Shown one piece after another: positions 7,219 to 16,313 of a stretch of DNA of 64,000 nucleotides. The DNA is from an uncultured virus (IMG/VR IMGVR_UViG_3300022845_000001) (Duplodnaviria; Heunggongvirae; Uroviricota; Caudoviricetes): IMG/VR virus record IMGVR_UViG_3300022845_000001; one strand, written 5' to 3'. A program made the position numbers and the translations under genes. Below the pieces are notes generated by a model. It did no database searches and had not been told where the DNA came from. It worked only from the letters and a program-made list of their open reading frames with translations. The number at the start of each line of letters is the position of its first letter. Positions within the stretch are counted from its first letter, which is position 1.

Positions 7219-8637
7219 TTAAAAAGGTGCAGCATCATCAAAATCGTTTTTACCTGAAGAGATAAATTTATCAGGATTGTATTTCGGGTTGTCTTTTATG
7301 TTTTCGTCAATACTATAAATTTTACCTATTGATGGAACGTATTTTAGTATAACAGTCTTTAATCCTCCATCTCTATGTTTAGCAAAAATATTTTCTGCTA
7401 TATTTTCTGTAGAGTTCCCATCTTCGTCTTGCATTATTCCATAGTATTCGGCCTGATAAAGAAAAATAACTGTATCAGCATCTTGTTCTATGGCTCCTGA
7501 TTCCCTAAGATCAGATAATATTGGCCTTTTATCACCACCTCTTGTTTCTACTGCCCTAGATAATTGAGATAAGGCAATAACGGGTAAGTCTAATTCCATA
7601 GAGATTATCTTTGATGTCCTACTTATGTCAGATACTTCACTTTCTCTAGTTCCTTTTTTTGATCCAGTCATTAGTTGAAGATAATCTAAAATAACTAATG
7701 ATATTCCATGCTTTAATTTCAGCATCTTGCAAATTCTGTGAAATCTAATAGCGGTAAGAGAGGGATTGTCAATTATAATAATTTGATCCAATATTTCTTC
7801 TCTTATTTTCATTATTTGAATCCAATCGCTATCTGTTAATTTTCCACTTTTTATTTTTCCCTTATATATTTCTGTGCTTATTGATATAATTCTTTTAACT
7901 AAATTAACCCTTGTTGTTTCAAGGCTAAATAAGGCAACTTTTTCACCAGTAAGAGCAGCGTTTATAGCAAAATTGATAGCCTCATCTGTTTTTCCTTGAG
8001 ATGGTCTTGCGGCTATTATTATTAATGTGCCTTTCTGCCAACCACCAGTTAATTGATTAATCACGGGATAACCTGTATCAATTCCGGTCAAATGGTCTTT
8101 AGCCTCAGATGCTTTTTTAATGTTATCAATAACTGAGGGCATGATACTTCTTACTGTCTCAGACTTTGATTCGTTAACAGAAGAACTAATATTTAAAACA
8201 TCGGAAGATATTTGGTCAACTAATTCAAACACATCTACTTCTTCTGAGTAAGCAGCAACTTGAGCTTTTGAAGCCATATCTATTATCATCCTTTTCATAG
8301 ACTGTTCAGCTATTATTCTGGAATGATATTCAATGTTGGCTCCTGAAGATACCTTTGATGTAAGTTCGGTAACATATATAGCTCCACCTGCTAATTCTAG
8401 GTTTCCTTTCTTTCTAAGCTTAGTTATTACAGTTAATAGGTCAATGGGTTCACCATCTGTGAAAAGTTCTAAGATAGCCTGAAAAATGACCCTGTGGGAG
8501 TCTTTGTAGAACTTATCGGGGGATATTATTGCCATGACTGAAAGAATAGCATCTTTTTCAATCATTAAAGCTCCTAATACAGCCTCTTCCATTTCTATTG
8601 CTTGAGGAGGCATTTTGCCTAATTGGTTTTTATTCAT
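7219..8637 (-). CDS. dnaB: replicative DNA helicase DnaB
   Basis: PPQAIEMEEAVLG; Walker A AARPSQGKT; LDYLQL; LSQLSR; SDLRESGAIEQDAD. Confidence 0.97.
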   Translation of the reverse strand: MNKNQLGKMPPQAIEMEEAVLGALMIEKDAILSVMAIISPDKFYKDSHRVIFQAILELFTDGEPIDLLTVITKLRKKGNLELAGGAIYVTELTSKVSSGANIEYHSRIIAEQSMKRMIIDMASKAQVAAYSEEVDVFELVDQISSDVLNISSSVNESKSETVRSIMPSVIDNIKKASEAKDHLTGIDTGYPVINQLTGGWQKGTLIIIAARPSQGKTDEAINFAINAALTGEKVALFSLETTRVNLVKRIISISTEIYKGKIKSGKLTDSDWIQIMKIREEILDQIIIIDNPSLTAIRFHRICKMLKLKHGISLVILDYLQLMTGSKKGTRESEVSDISRTSKIISMELDLPVIALSQLSRAVETRGGDKRPILSDLRESGAIEQDADTVIFLYQAEYYGIMQDEDGNSTENIAENIFAKHRDGGLKTVILKYVPSIGKIYSIDENIKDNPKYNPDKFISSGKNDFDDAAPF

Positions 8638-8651
8638 GGTTTTTGTTTCAG

Positions 8652-9365
8652 TTAAAATTCTTGAATTTTCTTTTTTTCGGTTACAGTTTTAACCGGGCTT
8701 ACTTTGTTTGTCCAACGAACAAAATGGGATATAGCCTCTTTTTCTGTCTTTTTAAAATCATATAAATGTATGCAAAGAAGTCTAAACGTGTTAACGTGGT
8801 TTTGAACGTCAATTGATCTTTTTCTCCAGCTCATCGCTAACCCCTCAATCCACATTCTGTTAGAGTACATTGATCTAAAAACATCATTGTGCTTCTCTCT
8901 TTCCCTTTCATCGAAAGATTTCTTTGGGGAAATTTGCTTTATATCATTATTATTATTAAAATATATATTATTGGGTAAACTTTCTTTACCGATTATCGGT
9001 AAACTTTCTTTACCAGTGCGGTTAAGTTTCTTTACCGATTGGTGGTTAACTTTCTTTACCGAATCATCTAAATCAGGCAATCCGTAACATTCATTCCATT
9101 TGGCAGTTGTTTGGAGAAATTTAGTGTCAGGATCTTTAAATAAAAAGCCCTTTTCTTCCATTCTTGAAATCATGCCAATAGTTGCGACTTTAGATACTCC
9201 CATTTCATCACCCATACGTTGTCTTGACATATAGCACCAACCTACATGTTTTGAGTTTGGATGCCTTGATAGGAAGTAAATCATATCGCACAGGACGTAT
9301 TCATTACATGATAGGTCATTCTCTTTCCTGTAATCATGGTTTATTGAGCTGTATTTTAATGCCAT
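8652..9365 (-). CDS. replication initiator (lambda O-like, N-terminal HTH)
   Basis: GWCYMSRQRMGDEMGVSK HTH, internal iterons, directly upstream of dnaB. Confidence 0.8.
   Translation of the reverse strand: MALKYSSINHDYRKENDLSCNEYVLCDMIYFLSRHPNSKHVGWCYMSRQRMGDEMGVSKVATIGMISRMEEKGFLFKDPDTKFLQTTAKWNECYGLPDLDDSVKKVNHQSVKKLNRTGKESLPIIGKESLPNNIYFNNNNDIKQISPKKSFDEREREKHNDVFRSMYSNRMWIEGLAMSWRKRSIDVQNHVNTFRLLCIHLYDFKKTEKEAISHFVRWTNKVSPVKTVTEKKKIQEF
8940..9060. repeat. putative replication origin: four 17-bp iterons plus AT-rich tract
   Basis: GGTWAASTTTCTTTACC at 8974, 8998, 9020, 9044; AT-rich run 8940-8972. Confidence 0.85.
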
Positions 9366-9404
9366 TTTATTTTAGTTTATTTCGGTAAATATTATTCAAT
9401 TTAT

Positions 9405-9644
9405 CTATATTTCATGTTTTGTTTGTAAATAGTAGTCCTCAATATCACTTTCATTTATTGCCGATCCTGTTTTATTTAGGTAATCGCAAAATTTCAATAA
9501 TGTATCATGCTGAGATTTATTGCAGATTGACAACCTTTTTTGCATTATTTCATAATCCTCTAATATGCCAAAAATTGTTTTTAAATCGTAATTAGAGAAT
9601 TTTTTTGCAATTTTCGCTTCGTATTTATCTAATGATTTTCCCAT
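9405..9644 (-). CDS. hypothetical protein (start trimmed to MGKSLD)
   Basis: Avoids a 95-bp overlap; AACCATG start context. Confidence 0.55.
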   Translation of the reverse strand: MGKSLDKYEAKIAKKFSNYDLKTIFGILEDYEIMQKRLSICNKSQHDTLLKFCDYLNKTGSAINESDIEDYYLQTKHEI

Positions 9645-9654
9645 GGTTATTTTA

Positions 9655-9903
9655 TTACATTTCGTCCAATTCAGTTTTAACATCAGTCCAATACATTTTT
9701 TTAAGTCCTCCGTAATCCGCTCCTTTAGAAATATGTTCAATAATTTCATCTACTGCTATATGAGCGTTTTTAATTGCTATCAATGTACATAGAATTTCAT
9801 TACCACAATCGGTATCTTCATCCATTAATATCATTCTGTATTTGTTGACTAAATCCTCTGCTTTTTGCTTACTATTCATGGTTACTTCAAATGTTTGTTC
9901 CAA
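9655..9903 (-). CDS. hypothetical protein
   Basis: KQKAEDLVNKY...AHIAVDEII...YWTDVKTEL pattern common in Bacteroidota phages. Confidence 0.7.
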   Translation of the reverse strand: MEQTFEVTMNSKQKAEDLVNKYRMILMDEDTDCGNEILCTLIAIKNAHIAVDEIIEHISKGADYGGLKKMYWTDVKTELDEM

Positions 9904-10082
9904 TGTTTCTGATATGCCTCTGCTGGTGATTGCCCGGGCTTAAGCCTGTACGGTTCTGTACGGTAAGTAGCGCATGAGCCTAATAGTATGATCAGGCCAA
10001 ATAGAATTGTGAGTAATAAAATTAATCGTATCATTTTCGGTTTGTTTTGTTTCGCTTCGTTTAAATCTTGTTCGTTTATCAT
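9882..10082 (-). CDS. putative small lipoprotein
   Basis: Hydrophobic core then LLGSC lipobox. Confidence 0.5.
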   Translation of the reverse strand: MINEQDLNEAKQNKPKMIRLILLLTILFGLIILLGSCATYRTEPYRLKPGQSPAEAYQKHWNKHLK

Positions 10083-10108
10083 TGTATTCGTTTAATTTTG
10101 GTTATAGG

Positions 10109-10486
10109 CTATTTTAGGACAGACCCTAACAATTCCAACATTTCCTCAATAGACCAATCTTCTTTTACAAATTTGTAAGACCCATCTTTTAACTCTTTAA
10201 ATTTTGGGTAAAGGTAAAATTCGTGAATAACGCTTATATGATCTTTACCTACAAACGAAATTTCATACCCTGTTTTTTCAAAATGTTTGTTTAATTTATT
10301 TGACAGTCTTATACATTTATTTTCTGTGTCGGCTTTTTGCCAGAACTTTAAAAACGGAATATATTTTCCTTCTTCCCAGAGCGGATAAGTAATAAATTCT
10401 TCACTTATAAATGGTATTAATTTTTCTATTTTTTGATTTATCATAATACCCCGTTCTGCTTTAACATATACCTGACAAAAAACCAA
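10109..10486 (-). CDS. hypothetical protein (start probably near 10444)
   Basis: Co-oriented ORF. Confidence 0.6.
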   Translation of the reverse strand: MVFCQVYVKAERGIMINQKIEKLIPFISEEFITYPLWEEGKYIPFLKFWQKADTENKCIRLSNKLNKHFEKTGYEISFVGKDHISVIHEFYLYPKFKELKDGSYKFVKEDWSIEEMLELLGSVLK

Positions 10487-10863
10487 TCTACAAACGGACG
10501 TTCTGAGAGTTCTTTATCGTATTTCAAAGGACATCCAAGCGCAGCATCGTCAATATACATTTTTGAATATGCCTTGGGGCTTGTAGTCCATGTGTGTTGT
10601 GTTGGATTGGTTTGGATTCCGTAAAGCGGTATTTCATTTTCTTTAAACCAATTTATCGCTTCCGTTAAGTAATTACCACTTTTAAGATGAATATCGTTAT
10701 CTTCTGAAGTTGGATTCACAATATCACTACGCATTGTAAAAAGAATAAGTTGGTGTCCTTTTTCAACCAATTCTTTTAATACGGGAACGGCATTTATATC
10801 CTTTCCTACTTTTGGAAATTCGTGAGTTACACACGTTCCATCAAAATCAATCGCTATTATCAT
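10441..10863 (-). CDS. HAD-superfamily phosphatase (BT0820-like)
   Basis: IAIDFDGT motif I; LILFTMR motif II; K..S.MYIDD motifs III/IV. Confidence 0.88.
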   Translation of the reverse strand: MIIAIDFDGTCVTHEFPKVGKDINAVPVLKELVEKGHQLILFTMRSDIVNPTSEDNDIHLKSGNYLTEAINWFKENEIPLYGIQTNPTQHTWTTSPKAYSKMYIDDAALGCPLKYDKELSERPFVDWFFVRYMLKQNGVL

Positions 10864-11047
10864 GGCTTTTCCTTAATTCCTGTAAATCCTTAAATGTGAC
10901 TATACCTTTTGCTTTCTAAATCTTCGATAATTCACTATTGGGGAATCTAAACCCTTACTTAGCTGCCCTTTCATCTTCGAATATTGCAGGAATCCATTGC
11001 TGGTAAGCTGAAGCGGAATAGGTTCCGTCTTTGTGTTTGTGTGTCAT
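10847..11047 (-). pseudogene. possible small pseudogene with two in-frame stops
   Basis: MTHKHKDG...ERAAK*GFRFPNSELSKI*KAKGIVTF... fills the gap and overlaps the next start. Confidence 0.35.
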
Positions 11048-11094
11048 TTTAAGTACCTCGTATTTTTATTAATAGTTTAAAATTTTATTTCAAT

Positions 11095-11196
11095 TAGTAG
11101 GGTAAGGACTCGAACCTTAATCTCTTTCTTGCGGTCGGACTCTACCTACCTTTTCGAGGCGTTACTTAACTAACATTTACATTGAGTTACCCAACT
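11095..11196 (-). tRNA. atypical tRNA-like element with expanded D loop
   Basis: Acceptor AGTTGGG/CCCTACT (6 of 7); D stem ACTC/GAGT around a ~40-nt loop ending GGTA; T arm TAAGG-TTCGAGT-CCTTA; no anticodon stem. Confidence 0.55.
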
Positions 11197-11211
11197 AAAA
11201 GAAATAAAATA

Positions 11212-11403
11212 CTACTTATTATTAGTCACAAAAGCGTGAATTTTATTTGCAACCTCAACTACGTCTTCTTGGTACTTAACATTTTTACCATCTTTACTAA
11301 GTATGTAGATTGGTTTACCAACAATTCTTGTTGCATAATCAATACACTGAATTCTCATTTGTTGGTTTCGTTCGTTTTCCAACAATATATCTGGATCGTA
11401 CAT
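11212..11403 (-). CDS. hypothetical protein
   Basis: 63-aa co-oriented ORF. Confidence 0.6.
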   Translation of the reverse strand: MYDPDILLENERNQQMRIQCIDYATRIVGKPIYILSKDGKNVKYQEDVVEVANKIHAFVTNNK

Positions 11404-11487
11404 AATAATATATTATAAATTAAATTAGCGTGTAATCCCCCACGCTAAAAAAGGGTTTAAAATTTTAAACAAGATTGGTAAAAAAAG

Positions 11488-11631
11488 TTATGATCTTACT
11501 AATAACTGATACCCGTCTCTTTTTTTACCCTCATAAAGACCTCTTTCAATACCCTGATATACAGCCTGTGGGGTTATACCTTTCATTTTGGCAAATACCT
11601 TAACTGGTATCCAAACATACTTTTCTTCCAT
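11488..11631 (-). CDS. 47-aa HTH DNA-binding protein (excisionase-like)
   Basis: WIPVKVFAKMKGITPQAVYQGIERG HTH pattern; below ORF-track cutoff. Confidence 0.6.
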   Translation of the reverse strand: MEEKYVWIPVKVFAKMKGITPQAVYQGIERGLYEGKKRDGYQLLVRS

Positions 11632-11633
11632 AC

Positions 11634-11837
11634 TTACAAATTCAAACCTGTTGATACAGTGTAGTTACCACTAAATATATTCCATTGTTCACCAGATTCA
11701 TCCTCAATAGTGACCATTGAGGAGTACTCGTTGATTATTTTCAACTCTTTACCCTTAATAAAGTTGTTGAAATGCCAATAAGAGCATCCAAATTGATCCG
11801 GTCTAATATTTACTCGTATTTTCTTTTGGTGAGTCAT
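11634..11837 (-). CDS. hypothetical protein
   Basis: First gene of the left minus-strand block. Confidence 0.6.
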   Translation of the reverse strand: MTHQKKIRVNIRPDQFGCSYWHFNNFIKGKELKIINEYSSMVTIEDESGEQWNIFSGNYTVSTGLNL

Positions 11838-11870
11838 TATGGTTTTGGTTTATAATGGTTTTGGGGTTTT

Positions 11871-11906
11871 AAAAAACCAAGAAGGGAAAACCATAACCCT
11901 CCTTGG
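11871..11906 (-). terminator. intrinsic terminator or attenuator
   Basis: CCAAGGAGGG-TTATGGTTTT-CCCTTCTTGG-TTTTTT. Confidence 0.75.
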
Positions 11907-11946
11907 AAAATTCACCTACTTTGAACTAGATATGTGCAATGCAAAA

Positions 11947-11954
11947 CAAAGGTA
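11947..11954 (-). promoter_or_regulatory. leftward Bacteroidota -7 promoter box
   Basis: TACCTTTG at the divergence point. Confidence 0.65.
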
Positions 11955-11976
11955 AAACAATTTACGAATATTTAAG

Positions 11977-11984
11977 TATCTTTG
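11977..11984 (+). promoter_or_regulatory. rightward Bacteroidota -7 promoter box upstream of terminase
   Basis: TATCTTTG ending 20 nt before the ATG. Confidence 0.65.
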
Positions 11985-12003
11985 AATAAGATTTTGCCAA
12001 AAT

Positions 12004-14037
12004 ATGTATAGGAAACACCCTGAATCTACACCGATTGATTTACAAGAAGGACTTATAGGATGGATGCCACCTAAAGGAGTTCTGTGGGATCATTTCACTA
12101 ATAAGTGGGTAAAAACAGAAATATTCTCAAGGTCAAGAAAAAAATCAGATCAATATTGGGAGCCGGAAAAGGAACCTGATTGGTACAGAAAGAAAAGACG
12201 TGAAGAGGAAAGAACAATTCTTAATACAGAAAATCCAGACTTTTATATTGAAGAGTGCATGTCTTACAGGCAAGACCAATGGTTTAAACGGCTAAATGGG
12301 TTTTGGTTCATGAATAATGGAGTGGCTACATATATAACAGGTCTTCATTGGCTTTACTTAACACATTGGAGAATAGATATCGGCTTACCAAATTATCTTG
12401 GGTTTGATCGTCCAAGATTTTACCATATTAAGTATGTAGTAGATGATCCATTATCTTTTGGTAGAGTAGAAGTTGGGCCTCGTAGGACAGGGAAGACTTT
12501 TGTAGGTGGTATTTGCGTATATGAACCAATAAGCAGGACTGAAAACGCTGTAGGTACAATACAGAGCAAAACAGGGCCAGATGGTAAAGAGGTATTAGGT
12601 AAAGCAATTATTTCACCATTTATAAAACTCCCTCATTTTTTTAGACCTGTATTCGATACAAGCGCAGGGCCAAGACCTAAGTCTGAAATAAGGTTTTATT
12701 ATACATCAAAAAAAGGTAAAAACATAAGCGTAGAGGACTATGAAGATGAGCTTGAGTCAATTATTGATTATAAAAGTTCAGCAGTAAGAGCTTTAGATGG
12801 AAGAAAAGTACAAGCTGTATTAGTAGATGAAGCTTTTAAAACGGAAGAAGTTAATATCTATGACCGACACAAAGTAATCAGAGAGTGCCTAGTAGATAAA
12901 ATGACCGGAAAGATTATAGGTAAAGAATATTGTACTTCTACAGTCGAGGAAGTGGCAAAAGAACTTGAAACTTATGAAAAATTTTGGAATGACTCAGATC
13001 CTAGCGATAGAGATGGTAATGGTCATACTAAGACGGGTCTTTACAGGTATTTTATAAGTATTGCAGATAGTATGATAATTGATAAGTATGGGAATACTGA
13101 TAGAGCAAAGAATATACAAATAATTCAAAACACTGTTGATGGATTTAAGGATAGTCAAAAAGATGTATCTGACTATAGAAGAAAGCACCCTCTAACAATT
13201 AAGGACGCTTTCAGACCAAGATCTACTGATTGCCAATATAATTTGGAATTACTTGAAAATAGATATGACATACTATCAATACTTGAGCCAAAATATATAA
13301 CAGGAGATCTTAGATGGATTAATCCAGACAATATATGCGAAGGAGTGAAGTTTGTCCCTACTAAAAACGGAAACTTTAAACTTCATAAGGACATTGATTA
13401 CAATAGTGGACAATGGAATAATGTAGATATAAATGGGAGCGTTCCTAACCCAAGAAGTAAAGCGAAATTCATTGGAGGAAATGACTCTTTTGACAACAAG
13501 ACAACTGTAGATAACAGAAAATCAAATGGATCAACAGTTATATTCTACAAGTTTGATGCACTGAATCCAGAAAAATCTGATAAATTTGTTCTTATATATT
13601 GCTTTAGACCAAAGAAGCCTTCAATCTTCTATGAAGACACCTTAAAAATTGCATGGTTCTTTGGGTGCCAAATACTTATTGAAAGTAATAAACAGGGCAT
13701 TATTCAATATTTTGAGTGGTCTAATCCATTTGGGCTAAACTTAACAAAGTTTATGGTTCATTTACCTGACAGGCAAGAGCCGGGAATACCTACTACAGGA
13801 CAAACACATGACTCTATCGTTAATCACACTAGAGAATATATAGAGGATTGTATAGATTTAGTAGACTACCCTGAATTGATTACAGATTGGACTAAATTTG
13901 ATATTAACAACACTACAAAATTTGATTTATCTATGAGTTCTGGGATATGTTTGATAGCAGCAGATAGAATAAAGAAGAGAAAAGTTGCAATTAAGGATAA
14001 AATAACGGAAATTTCTGAAATATTTCCTGTATACTAA
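12004..14037 (+). CDS. terL: terminase large subunit
   Basis: Walker A GPRRTGKT, Walker B VLVDE, STVEE coupling motif, nuclease GGND and KFDLSMS; GFWFMNNG..YITGLH N-terminal motif. Confidence 0.93.
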   Translation: MYRKHPESTPIDLQEGLIGWMPPKGVLWDHFTNKWVKTEIFSRSRKKSDQYWEPEKEPDWYRKKRREEERTILNTENPDFYIEECMSYRQDQWFKRLNGFWFMNNGVATYITGLHWLYLTHWRIDIGLPNYLGFDRPRFYHIKYVVDDPLSFGRVEVGPRRTGKTFVGGICVYEPISRTENAVGTIQSKTGPDGKEVLGKAIISPFIKLPHFFRPVFDTSAGPRPKSEIRFYYTSKKGKNISVEDYEDELESIIDYKSSAVRALDGRKVQAVLVDEAFKTEEVNIYDRHKVIRECLVDKMTGKIIGKEYCTSTVEEVAKELETYEKFWNDSDPSDRDGNGHTKTGLYRYFISIADSMIIDKYGNTDRAKNIQIIQNTVDGFKDSQKDVSDYRRKHPLTIKDAFRPRSTDCQYNLELLENRYDILSILEPKYITGDLRWINPDNICEGVKFVPTKNGNFKLHKDIDYNSGQWNNVDINGSVPNPRSKAKFIGGNDSFDNKTTVDNRKSNGSTVIFYKFDALNPEKSDKFVLIYCFRPKKPSIFYEDTLKIAWFFGCQILIESNKQGIIQYFEWSNPFGLNLTKFMVHLPDRQEPGIPTTGQTHDSIVNHTREYIEDCIDLVDYPELITDWTKFDINNTTKFDLSMSSGICLIAADRIKKRKVAIKDKITEISEIFPVY

Positions 14038-16283
14038 TGATAAAATTTCCCTCAGATACTATAGATCCTAAGAAAAAAGATAAGGATTGGATTCTACAAA
14101 CAGGAAAAGCTATATGGGACGAGAGCAAAACTTTTTCATCTAGCATTTTTTATCATGGGAGAGATCAGTTTCGTAAATACCGTAATTACTCTAATGGTAG
14201 GCAGCCAATAGAGAAATATAAAAACATGGTTATGCCTCTCGATGCTAACGAGGTAAGACCAGACAACTTTCAACAACTAGACTATACAATCCTTCCAATT
14301 ATACCAAAGTTTAAGAAAATTGCTTTAGGTAAAATTGATAAAATAGGGTTTAATATAGTCGCTACTGCCATTGACTCTATTGCAAGAGATGATGAAGAGG
14401 ATTATTTTGCTGAACAAAAGGCAAAAATAAAAATGCTTGAGGAGCTTTCGGACGTTCCTAATATTGAATCAATGCTTGATTTAAAGGACGATGACCCTAG
14501 ATCATTAGAGGAGATTAAAATAAAGCAAGAGTATTCCTATAAACATATTGCAGCAGTAGAAGCAGAAAAAGGACTAAAGCAAGTATTTACTAATAACAAA
14601 TACGATCAAATACTAGATAGGGTTAAAGCTGATCTTTTTGATTTCGGAGTAGGTGGAGTAAGAGAGTATTTTGATGAAAACAATAAGATAAAGATTCGCC
14701 ATGCAAATATGGAGAACTTTGTTTGCGGATATAGTGAAGAGCCTGATTTTTCAGATTCTCATTACATGTGTGAGGTAAAACCTTATAGTATAGAGGAAAT
14801 ACGGGCAAGTGGCGAATTTGAAGAAGATGAAATTGAAGAAATATTAAAGCAAAGAGGTGATTCCAACACAAGGTTTGACAGGAGAGGGGTAAGACTACAC
14901 AATGACAATAAAATTCTTGTTCTTGAATTTGAAGTAAAAAGTTTTAATGAACCTGCTTATGAGAAAAGAGTAAACAGCTTTGGGAATAAGAAAATAAATA
15001 AAACAGAATACAATAAAAAAAGCAATGACAAAAGGACAATAGTAAAAGACGGGTACAAAGTTATATATAAAGGGAAGTGGATAATTTCTACTGACTACGT
15101 ATTTGATTATGGGCTTTGCACTAATATGAAGAGGTCAAAAAACCAACTCAAGGAAACTACATTTTCTTGGCACCTAATGGCTCCTAACCAAGACCAGATG
15201 AACTTTTTTGGGGTTACAGAAGCAATGGTTCCAATTGGAGACCAAATTCAATTGGCATGGCTTAAAATACAGAACTTACTATTAAACGCTGTTCCTCCCG
15301 GGATTGCATTTGACTTATCAGCATTAGAAAATTTAAACTTAGGGCATTCAGGAGAAAAATGGCTACCTAGAAAAGCTCTGGAAATGTATAGGCAAAGAGG
15401 TGATATGCCTTTTAGATCACAAAGAGAAGACGGGGAACCAATGAACACCCAATCCATTATACCTATTCAGAATAACGTAGCAGTAGAAATTAATAACTTT
15501 GTTAACCTAGTTAATGGGTTTATGGGAATACTCAGGGATAATATAGGTTTTAATGAAGTAACAGACGGGAGTACACCAGATCCTAGAACACTTAACGGGG
15601 TAGCTAACCTTGCATACCAAGCAACCACAAATGCACTTAATCATATTATTCAAGGTACTAAATTCTTAAATGAGAATGTAGCGGACAGTATAGTAATTAG
15701 ATTGCAGGATGCTTTTGGGGCAGGAGAAAATGCATATAAGAAAGCATTAGGAATAAATACAGAAAGATTTTGGAAAGTATTATCTAATATAACCATTCAT
15801 GAGCTATCACTTAAATTTGAAGACAAGCCAAATGATGAAGAAAAAGCAGTCCTTAATAGAAGGATGGAGTTGGCTGAACAAGCAGGTCAAATAACTGTAG
15901 CAGATTCTACCTACATAGATACCATTGATAATGTAAAAGAAAAAGCAATGGTTCTCGCTTATCTTGTTAAGAAAAACATGGCCGATAAACAAGCTATGGA
16001 TATGCAGAATATACAGGCAAATGCTCAATCACAACAAGAGAGTGCCGCTATGACTGCTCAAATGGAAGAAAAGAGACTAGAGTTAGAATATGGGTATAAA
16101 TCTCAACTTCAAAGAGAGCAGAATGAAGCTTTATTTGTAATAGAGAGATTAAAGTCAAAAACAAGAATAGATGAAGCTGACATTAAAGAAGCAGGAAGAG
16201 CATTTACAAAACAATTAGAGAACGAGGGTAAGCAGACTATAAAACAAATGGAATCTACCAATGATAACGATAAAACAAAATAA
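14037..16283 (+). CDS. portal protein
   Basis: 748 aa directly after TerL; PIIPKF motif, DNIGFNEVTDGS, coiled-coil C-terminus as in crAss-like portals. Confidence 0.9.
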   Translation: MIKFPSDTIDPKKKDKDWILQTGKAIWDESKTFSSSIFYHGRDQFRKYRNYSNGRQPIEKYKNMVMPLDANEVRPDNFQQLDYTILPIIPKFKKIALGKIDKIGFNIVATAIDSIARDDEEDYFAEQKAKIKMLEELSDVPNIESMLDLKDDDPRSLEEIKIKQEYSYKHIAAVEAEKGLKQVFTNNKYDQILDRVKADLFDFGVGGVREYFDENNKIKIRHANMENFVCGYSEEPDFSDSHYMCEVKPYSIEEIRASGEFEEDEIEEILKQRGDSNTRFDRRGVRLHNDNKILVLEFEVKSFNEPAYEKRVNSFGNKKINKTEYNKKSNDKRTIVKDGYKVIYKGKWIISTDYVFDYGLCTNMKRSKNQLKETTFSWHLMAPNQDQMNFFGVTEAMVPIGDQIQLAWLKIQNLLLNAVPPGIAFDLSALENLNLGHSGEKWLPRKALEMYRQRGDMPFRSQREDGEPMNTQSIIPIQNNVAVEINNFVNLVNGFMGILRDNIGFNEVTDGSTPDPRTLNGVANLAYQATTNALNHIIQGTKFLNENVADSIVIRLQDAFGAGENAYKKALGINTERFWKVLSNITIHELSLKFEDKPNDEEKAVLNRRMELAEQAGQITVADSTYIDTIDNVKEKAMVLAYLVKKNMADKQAMDMQNIQANAQSQQESAAMTAQMEEKRLELEYGYKSQLQREQNEALFVIERLKSKTRIDEADIKEAGRAFTKQLENEGKQTIKQMESTNDNDKTK

Positions 16284-16313
16284 ATTCATTAATTTAGTAA
16301 AAAATTAAATAGT

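Noticed and set aside
8974..9060. Mini-CRISPR or simple coding repeat
   Set aside because: Spacers are only 5-7 bp and the context fits iterons
9645..9749. Long same-strand overlap of two ORFs
   Set aside because: Resolved by a downstream start at 9644 with typical context
10847..11047. Stop-codon reassignment as in some crAss-like phages
   Set aside because: Long genes are intact in the standard code and TAG ends real genes such as the capsid gene; no suppressor tRNA seen
11425..11448. 8-bp hairpin TTAGCGTG/CACGCTAA as a terminator
   Set aside because: No convincing U tract on the transcribed minus strand; function unsupported
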